DNA of 64,000 nucleotides from Christensenella sp. UBA1750 (GTDB lineage: Bacteria; Bacillota; Clostridia; Christensenellales; UBA1750), in NCBI GenBank assembly GCA_002315655.1, contig DCHO01000065.1, positions 3,161-67,160 on the forward strand, written 5' to 3'. The notes under the pieces were generated by a model. It was not told the DNA's origin. It did not search any database and saw only the letters and a program-made list of their open reading frames with translations. Shown one piece after another: positions 62,821-64,000 of this stretch; positions within the stretch are counted from its first letter, which is position 1, and each line of letters begins with the position of its first letter. The translations under genes and the position numbers were made by a program.

Positions 62821-64000
62821 TTATGCCGTCTGCTCTTTCGTGAACACAAACCCGTTGCGGTTGAAGGAGGTCGTCAGGACGTAGTTCTTCTCCTTTGTCT
62901 GCTCCAACAGGCTATTGAGCACATGGGCGTTCAACGATTCGACCTTGTTGTTCTCATCCACAAAGTTAAACAGCGTCCCGTCGTCCCGGATGATGATGCG
63001 CACCACATCGCCCTTGAAGAGCAGCGTGCATTCGGAGAGCACCTTTTTTCCCGGATTCTTCTCCATCACGCGGGTATAGAACTCCTCTATCAGCAGATCG
63101 GTTTTTTCAGTGTCAAAGCCTCTTGCTTCCAAATTGCCGTGCAGCCATTCCCGCACTTCAATTATGGAACCCTTTGTCACATAAAGGTCAAAGGAGATGC
63201 CCTCCTCGCCGAAGTCCTCCACATAGATCGGAAAACCCTTTTTGCCTTTACGAGGAATGCGGATGAGTGTATAAAAGCAAAAGGCAAAGTAGGGGCTCAG
63301 GGACATACCGACCGTAATCCCCGTAAATCCCCACAAAAAGCCAAACAGCAGGGACAGAAGCAGGGGCGCAAAAACATCCCGCAAAAAAGCAAGAAAGCAC
63401 GCCTGACCCGGCTTTTCCACGGAGCAGGAAACCGCAGAGCCCATGTAACACGCGCTGAACCCCAATACCGTAAAGGCCATAATCCTGGACGCAGTAACGG
63501 CAGCTTGAATTGTGGTTTGCGTCTCCAAACCGTAAAGAATCGGCATCAGCGGGGCCGCAAAGAAAAAGAAACCGGAGATTCCGAAGGCCATAATGACCGT
63601 AGCGCGTGTAACCTTCCTAAAAATCAGATTCAGGCCGTGGTTATTCTTTTCCCCAACAAAGCAGGTGATCAAACCAACGCTGGCGGCATTCAGGGAAATA
63701 TACAGTTCACACACCCCAAAGACCAGATTTATCACAGAATAGGCCGGAATATATTCCATCCCGCAGGAGGAAATGATGATCTTGTTCATCACAATGTCTA
63801 CGACCGCAAGGAACAGATAATACATATACTGGCTGTACCCCAGAACGATGGAATGTTTCAGTATCCCGAAATACAGGCAAAGACGCAGCTTAAGATTGTT
63901 GGATTTTTTCAAAAAGTGCAAACAGTAAAGGAGGGCACGGAGAAAAACCCCGATGCAGGTCGCCATCCCAAGACCTGCAATACCAAAGCGGCGAGACAGA
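62821..64000 (-). CDS. MATE/MOP-superfamily transporter fused to a roughly 140-aa cytoplasmic C-terminal domain (5' end outside the window)
   Basis: Multiple TM helices typical of the C-terminal half of MATE. A soluble tail follows, from about YVEDFGEEGISFDLYV to the stop at 62821. The frame appears to continue to the window edge. Confidence 0.65.
   Translation of the reverse strand, partial: LSRRFGIAGLGMATCIGVFLRALLYCLHFLKKSNNLKLRLCLYFGILKHSIVLGYSQYMYYLFLAVVDIVMNKIIISSCGMEYIPAYSVINLVFGVCELYISLNAASVGLITCFVGEKNNHGLNLIFRKVTRATVIMAFGISGFFFFAAPLMPILYGLETQTTIQAAVTASRIMAFTVLGFSACYMGSAVSCSVEKPGQACFLAFLRDVFAPLLLSLLFGFLWGFTGITVGMSLSPYFAFCFYTLIRIPRKGKKGFPIYVEDFGEEGISFDLYVTKGSIIEVREWLHGNLEARGFDTEKTDLLIEEFYTRVMEKNPGKKVLSECTLLFKGDVVRIIIRDDGTLFNFVDENNKVESLNAHVLNSLLEQTKEKNYVLTTSFNRNGFVFTKEQTA

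Noticed and set aside
62622-62849. 75-aa minus-strand ORF in the AT-rich intergenic region
   Set aside because: It overlaps the stop of the MATE-like gene and the hairpin/repeat region. It has no RBS and a low-complexity translation.

Overview
64-kb chromosomal window from a high-GC, endospore-forming Firmicute. spoIVA is present and the gene content looks like gut Clostridia/Oscillospiraceae, but that is only a taxonomic guess. I can support about 50 protein-coding genes, one frameshifted gene, one tRNA-Leu(UAA), a set of intrinsic terminators and a few promoters/operators. I saw no rRNA, CRISPR array, transposase, integrase or phage genes. Housekeeping genes: proA, pckA, spoIVA, a reverse rubrerythrin, a TrmH-type methyltransferase, an M42 peptidase, an ECF sigma/anti-sigma pair and a heterodimeric ABC exporter. 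The accessory content is mostly glycan utilisation. Three regions stand out. (1) 32.5-39.8 kb is a five-gene cytoplasmic operon in which two glycosidase-like proteins and an SGNH esterase are co-operonic with an unusually short glycyl radical enzyme (GRE) and its activase. It lies next to a sugar ABC importer and an NTF2-LytTR regulator, and it is my best candidate for an undescribed system. (2) 43.9-51.6 kb is a single 2553-codon secreted protein fusing GH20 (StrH-like), GH33 sialidase and GH2 (BgaA-like) catalytic domains, plus MucBP/FIVAR repeats and a duplicated unknown module. (3) 53.6-64.0 kb is a lower-GC block with a fatty-acyl-AMP-ligase-like enzyme, an ACP, a stand-alone condensation domain, a MacB/FtsX exporter carrying a roughly 420-residue coiled-coil hairpin, and a MATE-like transporter fusion. 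Smaller observations: a NahK-type HexNAc kinase/nucleotidyltransferase operon, a 1-nt frameshift in a SAM methyltransferase, and an SOS-box-controlled Y-family polymerase/YolD operon. All functional calls rest on motif recognition by eye. No database search, HMM or structure prediction was run.
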